IMG/VR virus record: IMGVR_UViG_3300028887_000002
Location: 64,001-128,000 of that record
Strand: one strand, 5' to 3'
Source: a virus
Lineage: Duplodnaviria; Heunggongvirae; Uroviricota; Caudoviricetes
Length of the DNA: 64,000 nt
Positions 63,493 through 64,000 of this stretch are shown here, one piece after another. Every line of letters starts with the position of its first letter. The stretch's first letter is position 1. The notes below the pieces were generated by a model. The model worked only from the letters and a program-made list of their open reading frames with translations, was not told the DNA's origin and did no database searches. Position numbers and translations under genes: made by a program.

Positions 63493-64000
63493 ATGAATGC
63501 AGTCGGTAAAAAAGAATCAACCTATACGCTTATGGTTCCTTATAATTACGGGGATGCCATAGAAGATTACAACTATAATGGGCGTGATTTTACAAAAGAA
63601 GAATATGCCAAGATGGTTATTGACAGTTACAAAAAATACAAGGGCGGTATTATTGAGACGCTCAATCAGAGAGGTATTGGTCACAATCTTGCATTAAACA
63701 ACTTAAAAAAAGAGAATGTAAGATTTAAGGCAACTGCCAACTATTTTGTCGGGACGAAGATAAACCTATACGACTTGAACAACCAGGAGCCGAGCATTGA
63801 CGCATTAATACATTACTATCAAACGGGTGAACCTTTTATTCTTATGATTAATATGTATCATTTAGGTGATATGGAACTTGCTGACCTTGAAAGTGATATA
63901 AAGAATTGGGGGCGAGAAAGCCGTAAGATTATGAACTCAAAGAAGTTTACTGAAGCAGAAAAGATTACAGGTCTTTCAAAGAAGGACTTGAAGTTGAAGT
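63493..64000 (+). CDS. hypothetical protein, N-terminal part (runs off window edge)
   Basis: ATG 63493 (MNAVGKKESTY...), open to the end of the window. Confidence 0.65.
   Translation, partial: MNAVGKKESTYTLMVPYNYGDAIEDYNYNGRDFTKEEYAKMVIDSYKKYKGGIIETLNQRGIGHNLALNNLKKENVRFKATANYFVGTKINLYDLNNQEPSIDALIHYYQTGEPFILMINMYHLGDMELADLESDIKNWGRESRKIMNSKKFTEAEKITGLSKKDLKLK

Noticed and set aside
1-64000. Genome-wide TAG-to-Gln recoding (code 15)
   Set aside because: Long late genes (terminase, portal, sheath, fibres) are uninterrupted in code 11, TAG TAG and TAG TGA double stops occur, and no CTA-anticodon tRNA is present. A few TAG stops are in frame with the next gene (27871, 36139, 37551), but those genes have their own ATG.

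Overview
This window is a 64 kb segment of a large (jumbo-type) contractile-tailed phage with a T4-like morphogenesis module: terminase large subunit, gp20-type portal, neck/terminator proteins, a 1479-aa tail sheath, tail tube and fibre-like proteins. It almost certainly infects Bacteroidota, because six TTTG-N19/20-TAnnTTTG host-type promoters drive minus-strand early genes, while a TATTTAT motif precedes late genes. It reads in the standard code. Host-takeover genes include IF3, DnaK, DnaJ, an AAA+/M41 protease, an Rnl2-type RNA ligase, a macrodomain, three C5 DNA methyltransferase domains and an SNF2 helicase. The most unusual part is the RNA island at about 21.3-26.2 kb. A DUF2828/vWA (Ro60/TROVE-like architecture) gene is followed by a boxA-bearing promoter, three covarying ACAGCAAA small RNAs (one with a tRNA-Asn anticodon-loop mimic), canonical tRNAs and several non-canonical tRNAs (Asp with ATC, an AAA-loop tRNA, an fMet-like tRNA with a long variable arm). 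The island also holds an orphan IS607/TnpB-type omega-RNA scaffold with no tnpB in the window, and several unassigned, highly structured ncRNAs. All calls come from motif recognition and manual base-pairing; no database searches were run.
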